A DNA stretch of 53,246 bases from a bacterium (GCA_021781955.1 JAJXVV010000005.1:1-53246); one strand, 5' to 3'. Shown: positions 26,235-35,893, numbered from the stretch's first letter. Program-made: numbers and translations. The notes: generated from the letters alone by a model not told the origin.

Positions 26235-27152
26235 CTAACGCTTTTTCCGCTTCGCGGCCTGCAAGTGCTTCTTGACCACCGCCTTGCCGTACACGCCCTC
26301 CAAAAGATCGATATCTTTGTTCGTGGCGGTGAGGAGCTCGATGTTCTTCGCCTCCATGGCTTCGAGCACCTTCAGCGCGTGCTTGTCGGCGGGCAGGTGC
26401 CTCTTGAAGTGGCGGCGCAGCGCCGCAATGTCCTTGATGAAACAGCCGCCGCCCGCGCCGCGTCCGCTCTTGTGCACCGGGTTGGAGTAGCGATTGGAAA
26501 TGAGCGGATCGGCCTGAATGGCGCGATTGACGACGTCCCAGCTTGCGTCGAACTGCTGCGCGAGGTCGTACATGAGATTGAAGAGGATGACCTGCGTGTA
26601 GCCGCTCGCGTTGTGCGTGTATTTGAATATCTCGGCTTCCGCGCTCTTGCAGATGGCGGCATGGCCAGCCTTGGGGAGCACTTTCATGACTCGCTCGGCC
26701 GCGAGGAAGTGCTTGGCGTCGGACACGGGCATGCCCACGAGATTGACGAACGGATGCGCCGCGTCGTGCACGTGCGAGACGATGGAGAGGAACTCGGGAT
26801 TGAAGAGGATCGTGATGCGCGGGAACTTCTTCTGGAGCACCTCCGTCGTGCCGGGCAGAATGGTGGATTTGATGACCGCGACCTTCCCCTCGCCCACGAG
26901 CGGCAGGACGCTCTGGATCACCGAGCTATCGAACCCTGCGGGCGTAGTCGGCGTCCACACCGCGATGAAGACGATGTCGCATTCCTTTATCTTGTCCTTG
27001 TTCTTGACCCACGGCTTTTCGAGGGAGTAGCGCACGACCTCGTAGCCGCGCTCCTCGAAATTGTCGGCGTACGCCTTTCCGATCCATCCCTGGCCGATGA
27101 ACCCGATGAGCGGTTTTTTGCTTTTCTTGGCCGCCATAATGATGGGCGACAT
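26235..27152 (-). CDS. UDP-glucose/GDP-mannose dehydrogenase-family protein, short form
   Basis: IGFIGQGWIG, VIKSTILPGTT, FNPEFL, AEIFKYTHN, GAGGGCFIKD; TAATG coupling to the upstream gene. Confidence 0.85.
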   Translation of the reverse strand: MSPIIMAAKKSKKPLIGFIGQGWIGKAYADNFEERGYEVVRYSLEKPWVKNKDKIKECDIVFIAVWTPTTPAGFDSSVIQSVLPLVGEGKVAVIKSTILPGTTEVLQKKFPRITILFNPEFLSIVSHVHDAAHPFVNLVGMPVSDAKHFLAAERVMKVLPKAGHAAICKSAEAEIFKYTHNASGYTQVILFNLMYDLAQQFDASWDVVNRAIQADPLISNRYSNPVHKSGRGAGGGCFIKDIAALRRHFKRHLPADKHALKVLEAMEAKNIELLTATNKDIDLLEGVYGKAVVKKHLQAAKRKKR

Positions 27153-29383
27153 TATTGCCCCTTTGCGCGCTTCGCGCAACCCGCGAGGTCGTCGTGATAC
27201 GCGCGGACGTACTCGTCAAAATCCTTGTACGGACGGCTTTTCAGTACGCCTTCGCGCGGACCGCTCGCGAACCACTGCGCGAGTGCCTCGGTAAAGCGCT
27301 CCGGCGAGGTAACGATCGCGCCCGCTTCGCGTGCGACGCCGACATTGGTCGAGAGCACGGGCTTCCCTGCCGCGAGCGCCTCGACGATGACAAGCCCGTA
27401 GCCTTCGTAGCGCGAGGGAACGAGCACGAGGTCGGCCGCGGAGTAATAGCTCGAACCGTCCTGCGAACCTTCGAAAAAGACGCGGTCGGTGATGCCGAGC
27501 TCGTGCGCGAGCCGCCGCAGCGCCGCTCGCTCGCTTCCCTCACCCACGATGATGAGGCAGGCGTCCTGCGGCGCGCTTTTCGCGAACGCGTCGAGCGCGA
27601 GCGCCACGCGTTTCTCCGGCTCGAGCCGCGCGACGACCAGAAGCTTCGTCCGGTAGTGCGAAAAGCGCGCCGCACTCACGGGATCAGGCGAAAGCGCCGC
27701 CGCGCGGCCGAGGTCGGCGTAGATCGGCAGCACGGAGACGCTCGCGCGCAGCCGGTAGTGTTCCGCCAGAGAATCACGTATGCGCTCCGAGACGACGCGC
27801 ACGCTTGCGGCGCGCCGCAGCACGAAGCCGGCGATGAGCACGCGCGCGAAATTCATGAGCGAGAGCCGCGCGTACTCGGGCGAGAGGAAGTCGGTATGCA
27901 CCTGCACGTGGAGAGGGGCGCCGACGCGGCGGGCGATGAGCCACGCCGTGAGCCCGGCCTCGAACGGGTCTTGCGAAGAGACGACGTCGGGCCGCTGCAG
28001 CTTTCTCGCTACGCGGAGCGCATCGCAGAGATAGAGAAAGCGGCTGCGCGAGCGGGTGGGATGAATGCGGAGCGTTTCCTGTTCAACCGGCTTTGCCCCG
28101 TCGCTCCGGCGGGAAAACCCGATGATGTCGAGCGCGTCGAAGGTCTTCGCATAGGCGGCTTGCCGATCAAAGGCTTGCGTGCCCGGAAAAAGTATCCCCC
28201 GCGAGGAGCGGTCGGCTCCTACCTGGAGAACGCGAAAATCGCTCTCGCGCCGGCCGAGCACGCTCTCAAAAAGGGTCATGTGCTCGGAAGCGACGACGTC
28301 CCAATCGCGCTCGAACTTCATCCCCTGGAACGAGCGAGAGAATTCCTCGTAGCGCGCGCGGTCGGCGAGCATGCGCAGCCGCTCGGCGAGCTCGTCCACC
28401 GATGCCGGGTCGAACGTCTGAGGCAATTCGCCGCGAATGCGCAGGTACGTCTCTTTCGTCACGAGCGCGGGCAGCCCGATCGCGAGCGATTCGTACACCT
28501 GATTGGGCGAGATGTCCGTCCAGCTCGGCAGTACGAACGCGCGGCAGCTGCGCACGCGTTGCATGACCTCCGGCAGGCTCATGGAGCGCTCGAAGCGCAC
28601 CTGCTTTTGCAAATGGAGCCGCATCGCGAGCGAGCGCAGCGCCGTTTTCTGCGGCCCGTCGCCGATCAAGGTGAGCGTGTATCCTTCGGGCAGCTTCGCC
28701 TGCGCGAATGCGCGCAAGAGCGTATCGAGATTCTTCATGACGATGAAGCGGCCCCAGAAAACTATTTCTTTCGTCGGCCGGCCGCGCGCCACGTCCTCGA
28801 CGCGCGGGAGTGCGTTCTCAATGAAGCGTGTGCGCTCGCGCGGAAGCCCCCAGTAGCGCTCATAGAGGGAGCGCTGCATCTCCGAATTGAACACGACGTA
28901 CCGCGCGAGGCGCAGGACGAACGCTATCGAAAGCCGTATCGACGCATAGCTCGCGCGCCGATACAAGCCGCGCCGATAAAACTCATCGAGCGTGATCGGC
29001 TCCTCGGTCGATTGCAGGTATCGCTGCTCCCAGAGGTAGTCGCCGCCGATGCGCACCACGTACGGTACGCGCGCGAGGCGCGCGGCGATAGCAGCGGGCA
29101 CGCCCGCCGCGAACCAATCGAGCGCATAGACGATATCGCTTTGCCGTATGTGCGGCCGCGCGGCGGCGAAATAACGGAAGCGGTCGATGAGGCGGCCGCG
29201 CCGTGCGACGCGCACGAGCTTAAAAGGAAGCGCTGCGTCCTCAACGCGGCGCGCGCTGTTGGAGTAGGTAACGACCGTGACCTTGTGGCCGCCATGCGCA
29301 AGCCTCGTCGCGAGCGAGAGCGCGTACGTCGCCGGACCCCCTATTTCGGGCGGATAGATGCCGGTCGCGATGGTGATGCGCAT
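27152..29383 (-). CDS. Tandem double glycosyltransferase (GT4-GT4 fusion)
   Basis: First unit MRITIATGIYPPEIGGPA...FWGRFIVMKNL...DISPNQVYESLAIGLP; second unit FRVLQVG...VVARLEPEK...YEGYGLVIVEALAAGKPVLST. Confidence 0.9.
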   Translation of the reverse strand: MRITIATGIYPPEIGGPATYALSLATRLAHGGHKVTVVTYSNSARRVEDAALPFKLVRVARRGRLIDRFRYFAAARPHIRQSDIVYALDWFAAGVPAAIAARLARVPYVVRIGGDYLWEQRYLQSTEEPITLDEFYRRGLYRRASYASIRLSIAFVLRLARYVVFNSEMQRSLYERYWGLPRERTRFIENALPRVEDVARGRPTKEIVFWGRFIVMKNLDTLLRAFAQAKLPEGYTLTLIGDGPQKTALRSLAMRLHLQKQVRFERSMSLPEVMQRVRSCRAFVLPSWTDISPNQVYESLAIGLPALVTKETYLRIRGELPQTFDPASVDELAERLRMLADRARYEEFSRSFQGMKFERDWDVVASEHMTLFESVLGRRESDFRVLQVGADRSSRGILFPGTQAFDRQAAYAKTFDALDIIGFSRRSDGAKPVEQETLRIHPTRSRSRFLYLCDALRVARKLQRPDVVSSQDPFEAGLTAWLIARRVGAPLHVQVHTDFLSPEYARLSLMNFARVLIAGFVLRRAASVRVVSERIRDSLAEHYRLRASVSVLPIYADLGRAAALSPDPVSAARFSHYRTKLLVVARLEPEKRVALALDAFAKSAPQDACLIIVGEGSERAALRRLAHELGITDRVFFEGSQDGSSYYSAADLVLVPSRYEGYGLVIVEALAAGKPVLSTNVGVAREAGAIVTSPERFTEALAQWFASGPREGVLKSRPYKDFDEYVRAYHDDLAGCAKRAKGQ

Positions 29384-29476
29384 ACGCAGTGTTGCGATCA
29401 GGGTACCACGCGCTCGCCCGCCATTAAAGAAGTCGGCGGCGCGCTTTGGAGCGCGTCGCCGCGTGCACAGGTGTTT

Positions 29477-29692
29477 TTAGCCGCGCGGTATCGTCGCGCG
29501 GTGGAGCGCAGCCGCAGAGGTTTTCAAAAACTCGTTCTGAATCTTCGCGAGCAGGCTCATGTACCACGTGTACGGCCACCAAACAACATCGATCGCGACG
29601 CCGATGGATTTTGCCAATGCGATCATTGACGCTGCACGATCGGCAAGCCGCAGATCACTCGCCACTCGCGCTGGCGCACGTCGAGAGGACAT
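29477..29692 (-). CDS. Small hypothetical protein (71 aa)
   Basis: AGGAAGGGGGTGA SD-like motif just before the ATG at 29692; fills the gap between two GT genes; an 11-bp hairpin follows at about 29435-29460. Confidence 0.5.
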   Translation of the reverse strand: MSSRRAPARVASDLRLADRAASMIALAKSIGVAIDVVWWPYTWYMSLLAKIQNEFLKTSAAALHRATIPRG

Positions 29693-29750
29693 GTTCTCAC
29701 CCCCTTCCTGATCCTCAGCAAACACCCGTTCCCGCTTCTGCGCAAGGGCG

Positions 29751-30962
29751 TTATCCTCTCTTGGTGAAGAGAGGCTCGAAGACCTCGTCGCGCATCTTCC
29801 GCGCGACGAGGTCCCAGTCGTACTTCTCGGCGACCATCGCTTTCCCGGTGCGCGCGACGGCGCGCGTTTTCTCGGAGTCGTTCATCATGTCTTTGACCGC
29901 TTCCGCGATCTGCTGCGGCGAGTCGCGGTCGACCGCCCAGCCGGTCGTCGGCCGATCAGGGTTTCGCTTCGCGTCGAAGAGCAGGTCCGCGATGCCGCCC
30001 TCCTGCGTCGCGATGACCGGCAGCCCAGCCGCCATCGCCTCCACGAACGAATTGCCCATGCCTTCGGAGCGGCTCGCGCGGATGAAGATGTCGCACGCCT
30101 TCAAAAGCCTCGGCAGCTCCGCGTGGCCCGCTTGTCCGCGAAAGTCGACCCTGGAAGCGACGCCGAGTCTCGCGGCGAGCGCCTTGAGCGTCGCCTCGTC
30201 CGGCCCGATACCGAAGACGACGAATCGCACATGCTCGGGGAGCAGCGGCAGCGCGCGGATCACGTCGTCGACCGCGTTCTTATGCACGAGGCGCGAGGTC
30301 GTCACTAAAAAGATATCGCCCATTCTTTTACCGAGCTCATCGCGCGTCTCGTCGAGCACTGCGGCCGGATAGTCCTGTGAGAAGTGTGCGGTGTCGACCG
30401 CATTGGGCACCAAAACCGGCTCCTTTTTGAAACCGCGGCGCTTCGCCCACCGGCCGAGGGAATTCGAAATGACCGCTATCGCATCGGCCGAGGTGAACGC
30501 GCGGGAAAAGAGCGGCCACAGCGGACGCGCGAGCCGCTCGATATGCTCCGGCGGATCGCCCTCCTGCAATTCGAGCACGAACGGGACCTGCGGGCGGAAG
30601 AACTTGAAGACTGCGGCCGGAACGCCGCAGCTGTGCGCCATCATCGCCCACGTCGCATCGTAGTGGTACTCGCGATGGAGCCGCAACGCCTTCCACGCGG
30701 CGAGGAGCTGGAAAAAATGCTTGTTGAGGTGGAGCGGAAAGCGTTTGAGATCAGACATCGTCGGATTCGGCCGCGTAAAGCCGATGCGGTGCACGAGCAC
30801 GTTGCCGACCTGCTCGACCACGGGCAGCGTCGAGTCGTATCGCAGCGTGACCATATGGAACTCGATGTCCCGCATGCGGTCGGTCTTCTCCTTGATCGCG
30901 ACCTCCGCGCCGCCGACGTGCTTCGGAAAGTACGCGAGCGAGAAGATGAGGACCCGTTTCAT
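29751..30962 (-). CDS. Glycosyltransferase family 4
   Basis: MKRVLIFSLAYFPKHVGGAE, LVPNAVD, TTSRLVHKN, SEGMGNSFVEAMAAGLPVIAT; ATGA overlap with the upstream gene. Confidence 0.92.
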   Translation of the reverse strand: MKRVLIFSLAYFPKHVGGAEVAIKEKTDRMRDIEFHMVTLRYDSTLPVVEQVGNVLVHRIGFTRPNPTMSDLKRFPLHLNKHFFQLLAAWKALRLHREYHYDATWAMMAHSCGVPAAVFKFFRPQVPFVLELQEGDPPEHIERLARPLWPLFSRAFTSADAIAVISNSLGRWAKRRGFKKEPVLVPNAVDTAHFSQDYPAAVLDETRDELGKRMGDIFLVTTSRLVHKNAVDDVIRALPLLPEHVRFVVFGIGPDEATLKALAARLGVASRVDFRGQAGHAELPRLLKACDIFIRASRSEGMGNSFVEAMAAGLPVIATQEGGIADLLFDAKRNPDRPTTGWAVDRDSPQQIAEAVKDMMNDSEKTRAVARTGKAMVAEKYDWDLVARKMRDEVFEPLFTKRG

Positions 30963-32416
30963 GCGCGAGGCTTCGCAGTGCGGAGAATATCCGCATACAC
31001 GTAGCGCAATTGATTCGCGAAGGCGTCGCCGTCGCCTATGGAGCGGCGCAGGGCGCGACCTGCGGCGAGGGTGGAGGCGCGACTCTCTTGCTCGGCATGG
31101 ATGCCGTACACCTGATCGGCATTGGCGAGGATGTGCATGAGCATGAACCGCGAGAAAACCGACGAGTGTTCCATCTTCTGATCGGCGAGCGTGATGAGGA
31201 GCGGCAGCGAGGTCCGGCGCTTGAGCAGGAGCGCCGCGAGCGCGGCATAGCTCGCCATGATCGACCACGCGAAAAGGTAGCGGTGCTGCCGGTGGAGCGC
31301 GCGCGCTTTGCGGTACGCGAGCATCGGCAGGAGGTACTTGTCGAAGTGGTTGCCAAAACCGACGCGGCAGACGTGCGCGTTCGGGAGCGGGCTCTCGGCT
31401 CGGCGGCCGTTCTTGGAAAAGCGGGTCGTGATGATGTCGAAGTGCACTTCCGGCATCGTGCGCATGAGCGACACGAGCGCTTCCTCCGCCGGACCTGCGA
31501 CGGGATAGAACGTGGTCGAGAATACGAGCACGCGCCGCTCGCGGCGCTGCCCGCGCGGATTCTCAGCAAGGAAACCCTTGATGTACGACTCAAGCGAACG
31601 GCTCGCCTTCCAGCCGAGCGCAGCGGACTTCGAGGTGTCGAGTTCGGAGCGCATGCGATTGCTCGCGCGCTCGGGCAGCATGAGGATGTCGCCGCCGAAG
31701 AGCTTCGCGACCTCGAGCACGGAGGACGAGTGTTCGTTGCCGAGACCGAATTCGTCGCCTTGCCCCTTTTCGCCGACCACGATGAGCCCGTCGACTATGT
31801 CGTCGACGTGCGTGAAGTTGCGCACCTGCGTGCCCGGCGAAACGACCGTGATGGGCGAGCCGGAAAGGTACATGCGCTTGAACGCCTCGATGAGCGTCCC
31901 GTAGAGCCCGGCGCGCTCGCCCGGACCGAACACGTTGTAGAAGTACGTGATCGCGTACGGGAGTTTCTCGCGCTCGCCAACCTCTTTCACGAGCTCGGAA
32001 TTCGCGGCCTTCGAGGAGGCGTACGGCGAGGTGCTCCGCGCGAGGCCGCCGTCGCCGAACTTGGTGCTTGATCCCGCATACACGAGCTTGCAGCGCTTTT
32101 TGACCCAAAAGTCGACAACGCCCTTCGTGCCGAGCACGTTGAGATCGTAGACGACCTCGGGCTCGAGCACGCTCTGCTCCACGCGCGCGTACTCGCCGAG
32201 ATGATAGATGATATCGGGCGTCTCCGGGACGTGCTTTTCGATATCTTTGGTGTGCCCTTCGCGATACTCAACGCCGGGCACCTGAGCATCTTTCGAGCCG
32301 GCGAAGTAGTTATCGAGCGAGAGGACGGTGTATCCTTCCTTTCGGAGCCGCCCGCAGAGGCGCGACCCGACGAACCCCGCACCGCCGGTCACGACCACGA
32401 GCTTCGACTGCGCCAT
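30959..32416 (-). CDS. Fusion of an NAD-dependent epimerase and an isolated GT4 N-terminal domain
   Basis: VVTGGAGFVGSRL...YASSK...RNFTHVDD, then RRVLVFSTTFYPVAGPAEEA...YLFAWSIMASYA resembling the N-domain of the next gene. Confidence 0.85.
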   Translation of the reverse strand: MAQSKLVVVTGGAGFVGSRLCGRLRKEGYTVLSLDNYFAGSKDAQVPGVEYREGHTKDIEKHVPETPDIIYHLGEYARVEQSVLEPEVVYDLNVLGTKGVVDFWVKKRCKLVYAGSSTKFGDGGLARSTSPYASSKAANSELVKEVGEREKLPYAITYFYNVFGPGERAGLYGTLIEAFKRMYLSGSPITVVSPGTQVRNFTHVDDIVDGLIVVGEKGQGDEFGLGNEHSSSVLEVAKLFGGDILMLPERASNRMRSELDTSKSAALGWKASRSLESYIKGFLAENPRGQRRERRVLVFSTTFYPVAGPAEEALVSLMRTMPEVHFDIITTRFSKNGRRAESPLPNAHVCRVGFGNHFDKYLLPMLAYRKARALHRQHRYLFAWSIMASYAALAALLLKRRTSLPLLITLADQKMEHSSVFSRFMLMHILANADQVYGIHAEQESRASTLAAGRALRRSIGDGDAFANQLRYVYADILRTAKPRA

Positions 32417-32482
32417 GCACACTAGCGTACACTAGCTTTTGCTGGGACGCGAATTGCGCCAATGCCGGCCGCAGCACCGGCA

Positions 32483-33916
32483 TTATTCTTCGCTTGCATC
32501 GACTACCGCCCACTCCGTCGCGCCGAGCCTGCGAGCCGCGATGAGCGCTCCCGCTGCGGCTATCGCCAAGGCCGCCGCCGCTCCCCACCACAACCACGAG
32601 CCATGCGTGCCCCCTGCGGCCGCCGCAGCAGCGACCTGCGTGCTCGTCGCGATCTGGTCGACAGGTTCGCGAGCCGGTTCGGGAGATAGATCGGGCGCTC
32701 GCGCGACCGGCTTAGGTCTTGCGTTCGCCGCGACAGGCTTTCGCATCGTCGACGCAACTGGCAGCGGCACGGCAAGCGCGATTGCCGATGACGAAGCGGG
32801 CGACGCGGCGGCTCCGGCGCTCGCCTGCCCCGCAGCAACTGCGGTGACGCCATTGGGATACTGCAACACCGCCTGTGCTGTCGCGGCGAATCCGAGCGTT
32901 CCGCGTGCGGCGAACATGGACGAGCCCGCGAGCACGATCGAATGCGGCGGCAGCATGAAGCTCTGGTCGAACGCGCTACCGCCCGCGCGCACGATCCAGC
33001 CGGAAAGATCGAGGTCGCGCTCGGCGAGGTCGGTGATCTTGACCCCGCCATCGGGCAGCGCGTCGAACGCGAGCTTGGCCGGTTCGGCGACAATGACCGC
33101 CTCATCCATCGCCGCCGACTTGTTCTCAGCGATGTTCACCACGAGCGCGTAGCGGCCGGGATAGCTGTAGTGGTGCAACACGCTCTGCCCTTCCGCGGTC
33201 GATCCGTCGCCGAAATTCCATGAGAATCGCACGTGATCGACGAGCTCGCTCGTTTTGTCGTACGCGCGCGCGTCGAACTCGGTATCAGCGCCGACGATGA
33301 CGGTGCGGTCGGGACCCGCGTCGGTGTAGATAGTCGGTACGGGAGGCGCGACGTACGAGGACACCGTCGCCTGCGCGTTCGTTCGCGCCTGGCTTGAGCC
33401 AGCGGTCGAGGTAGCGCTCGTGTCCGACGCGACGCCGCTTGTCGCGCTCGTGTCGTTCGTGCCGCTCGCAGTAGAACCGATACTGATTTGCTGCGAGACG
33501 CTCCAACCGACGCTCCATTGATCGATCGGCCAGTTGGCGCACGAGCTCGAGACGGTGTCCGGTTTGAGGGCGATGCGCGCTGTAACGGTCGCGTTTCCCT
33601 CCTGCGCATCTTGGTAATAGAAATTCTTGTTCGCGGTGTTCTTGCTCATCGTGAGCACCGAAACGGGACTCCACGTCGTCGCGCTCGAAGAAAAGTGTCC
33701 CTGGACGGAAGAACTCGTGATCGATACGCACGCGGTCGAAGGCACCGGCGCGCTCGTCCCCGCGCCATCCTGCGTTTGGACAGAGATCTGCTGCGATATG
33801 GCGTTCGGTGCGACGGTCTGCGGATCGCTCGTGAATACAACGGCGGCGACCTGCGCGAACGCGGCGCACGGCGCGAGCACCGACCAAACGATGCCGAAAA
33901 AGAGGATACGCCGCAT
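32483..33916 (-). CDS. Secreted/surface protein with PKD domain and C-terminal TM anchor; start may be 33934
   Basis: Signal peptide MRRILFFGIVWSVLAPCAAFA; DAGPDRTV...FSWNFGDGSTAEG...HHYSYPGRY (PKD); lamin-tail-like DLSGW segment; WLWWGAAAALAIAAAGALI anchor. Confidence 0.8.
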   Translation of the reverse strand: MRRILFFGIVWSVLAPCAAFAQVAAVVFTSDPQTVAPNAISQQISVQTQDGAGTSAPVPSTACVSITSSSVQGHFSSSATTWSPVSVLTMSKNTANKNFYYQDAQEGNATVTARIALKPDTVSSSCANWPIDQWSVGWSVSQQISIGSTASGTNDTSATSGVASDTSATSTAGSSQARTNAQATVSSYVAPPVPTIYTDAGPDRTVIVGADTEFDARAYDKTSELVDHVRFSWNFGDGSTAEGQSVLHHYSYPGRYALVVNIAENKSAAMDEAVIVAEPAKLAFDALPDGGVKITDLAERDLDLSGWIVRAGGSAFDQSFMLPPHSIVLAGSSMFAARGTLGFAATAQAVLQYPNGVTAVAAGQASAGAAASPASSSAIALAVPLPVASTMRKPVAANARPKPVARAPDLSPEPAREPVDQIATSTQVAAAAAAGGTHGSWLWWGAAAALAIAAAGALIAARRLGATEWAVVDASEE

Positions 33917-33995
33917 GACCCCTCGTGCGCGCATGAGGAAAGTATCGCATGAAAAATCCGCGTGCGGGCGAAACGCGCCGCACACGTGTGGAAAA

Positions 33996-35876
33996 TCAAT
34001 CGCGCTCGCGCAGCAGGCGTTCGAGATCCTCGCGGGTTACTTCGTTCGAACGGATCCGTGGCGCCGTGGCTGGCGCGTCGTGCGATGCGGCCGGCTGCGT
34101 CGGCTCGCGACGCGGCGATACCGCCTGCGGTGCGGGCCGTTCGCGCTCCGGCGGCGGATGCGCTATCGGCGGACGCTGCGATTGCGGCTGCGGCGCCGGT
34201 TTACGCGCCCTGTCCTCGGTCGTTGTCCTACGGGCGAGACGCTCGCGCAGCACGTCGGCGGGCGAGCGCGCGGGCGTTATAGCTGGTGCGGACTGATACC
34301 CGACCTCTCGCGATGGCGCACTCGCTCTCATCGGTGCAGAACGTGCTGCCGTTATCGCGGCGCGCAGTGCATTGTGCTCCTCGTTCATACCTATGTCGGC
34401 AGGAGCGTGCGGAATCGGCGGCCGCCTCGCGGAAAGGGGCGCTGCAGCAAGAGCTTGCTCCTGCCGCAGCATGTCGAGTGGCGAACGAGCCCCGCTTCCC
34501 TGTGTCTGCGGACGGTACGAGCCCGCATCGCGCCGTTCGTGTGGCGCCTTCTCCTTTTTCGGCGGAAGCGCGAATTCCTGCTGACGTTTTGCGAACACGC
34601 CCTCGATCTCGGCGCGAACGCGCCCGTACAGCTCCCGCGACGAGCGGATGACATCATCGCGATACGTGATGTGCGGCTTCTCTATCGGCGGGATAGTCTC
34701 CGCCGAGAACGGCCGCGAACCAACGCCGTCGATCATGAGCGTGAGGTAGATCTGCCCGATGCCGAGGCCCACGAGATCCTCCGGCGTGAAGGTCGGATCG
34801 AAAATGGTCTCGAGCACTTCCGCATCGAACGGCCCCACGCGGAAACAGATGAGCGTGCCGACGTTGCCGAAGACCGCATCGCGCACCTCTTCCTCCATTT
34901 GCTCGATATATTGGTTGGCCAGGGTGAGCGCGAGCTTGTACTTGCGGGACTCCGAGAGGATGTCGGCGAACGCCTGATTCATCATCGACTGGAACTCGTC
35001 GACGTAGAAGTAAAAACGCGGCAGACGATTGAGCACAGAGGCCGGCTCGTCGGCACGCGACATGGCAGCGAGGTATATTTTGACGACGAGCATGGAGCCG
35101 AGCAGCGACGCATTGCCTTCGCCCATCCGCCCCTTCGAAAGGTTGACGATGAATATCTTTTTTTCATCCATCACTTTGCGGAGATCAAAAGACGACTGCG
35201 ACTGCCCGATGATGTTGCGAATGAGCGGATTGGCGGTGAACTGGCCGACCTTGTTCTGGATGGCCGGCGTCGCCTCGCGCGTATAGGTGTCGGTGAAGTT
35301 GGCGAACTCTTCCGTCCAGAAGGAGCGCACGATCGGATCGGTGATCTTCTCGATGACTGCGGCGCGGAAAGTTTTGTTGGTGAGCATGCGATTGACGTCG
35401 AGCAGGGTCGAGCCGGGATACTCGAGGAGCGCCAAGAGCGTATTCTGCAAAATGTACTCCATGCGGGCGCTCCACGCGTCCTCCCAAATGCGCTTGAACG
35501 CGCCCATGAGACCGGCGACCACGAGGTGGCGTTTGTCGTAGCCCACATCCTCCATTACGTTGAAGCCGATCGGATTATCAGTGTCGAACGGAGCGAAATA
35601 GACGACATCTTTGATGCGTTCCTCAGGCACGAAGTCGAGAAGTTTCTCTGCCGTGGAGCCGTGCGGATCGATGAACGCTATCCCCTCGCCGTTCTGGATG
35701 TCCTGTATCGCCATGTTCTCGAGCATGGTCGATTTGCCCATACCGGTCTTGCCGATGACGTAGACGTGCTTGCCGCGATCGGCGGCGCGTATGCCGAACA
35801 TCTCGCGCTTGCCGCGCGTGTGCGTCGCTGCGAAGTACGTGATGCGCCGCTCGTCGCTGTGAGCGTCCGGATGCAT
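33996..35876 (-). CDS. VirD4/TrwB-like type IV coupling ATPase with Pro/Ala/Arg-rich C-terminal tail
   Basis: Walker A GKTGMGKST, FIDPHG, IGFNVME, IQNKVGQF, Walker B FYFYVDEFQ, LSESRKY, VFGNVGT. Confidence 0.88.
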   Translation of the reverse strand: MHPDAHSDERRITYFAATHTRGKREMFGIRAADRGKHVYVIGKTGMGKSTMLENMAIQDIQNGEGIAFIDPHGSTAEKLLDFVPEERIKDVVYFAPFDTDNPIGFNVMEDVGYDKRHLVVAGLMGAFKRIWEDAWSARMEYILQNTLLALLEYPGSTLLDVNRMLTNKTFRAAVIEKITDPIVRSFWTEEFANFTDTYTREATPAIQNKVGQFTANPLIRNIIGQSQSSFDLRKVMDEKKIFIVNLSKGRMGEGNASLLGSMLVVKIYLAAMSRADEPASVLNRLPRFYFYVDEFQSMMNQAFADILSESRKYKLALTLANQYIEQMEEEVRDAVFGNVGTLICFRVGPFDAEVLETIFDPTFTPEDLVGLGIGQIYLTLMIDGVGSRPFSAETIPPIEKPHITYRDDVIRSSRELYGRVRAEIEGVFAKRQQEFALPPKKEKAPHERRDAGSYRPQTQGSGARSPLDMLRQEQALAAAPLSARRPPIPHAPADIGMNEEHNALRAAITAARSAPMRASAPSREVGYQSAPAITPARSPADVLRERLARRTTTEDRARKPAPQPQSQRPPIAHPPPERERPAPQAVSPRREPTQPAASHDAPATAPRIRSNEVTREDLERLLRERD

Positions 35877-35893
35877 GCCTCAAGTATACCTCG

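Noticed and set aside
14068-32416. DGR template/variable repeat between the two similar epimerase genes
   Set aside because: Differences are spread over synonymous sites rather than restricted to adenines, and no reverse transcriptase is in the window.
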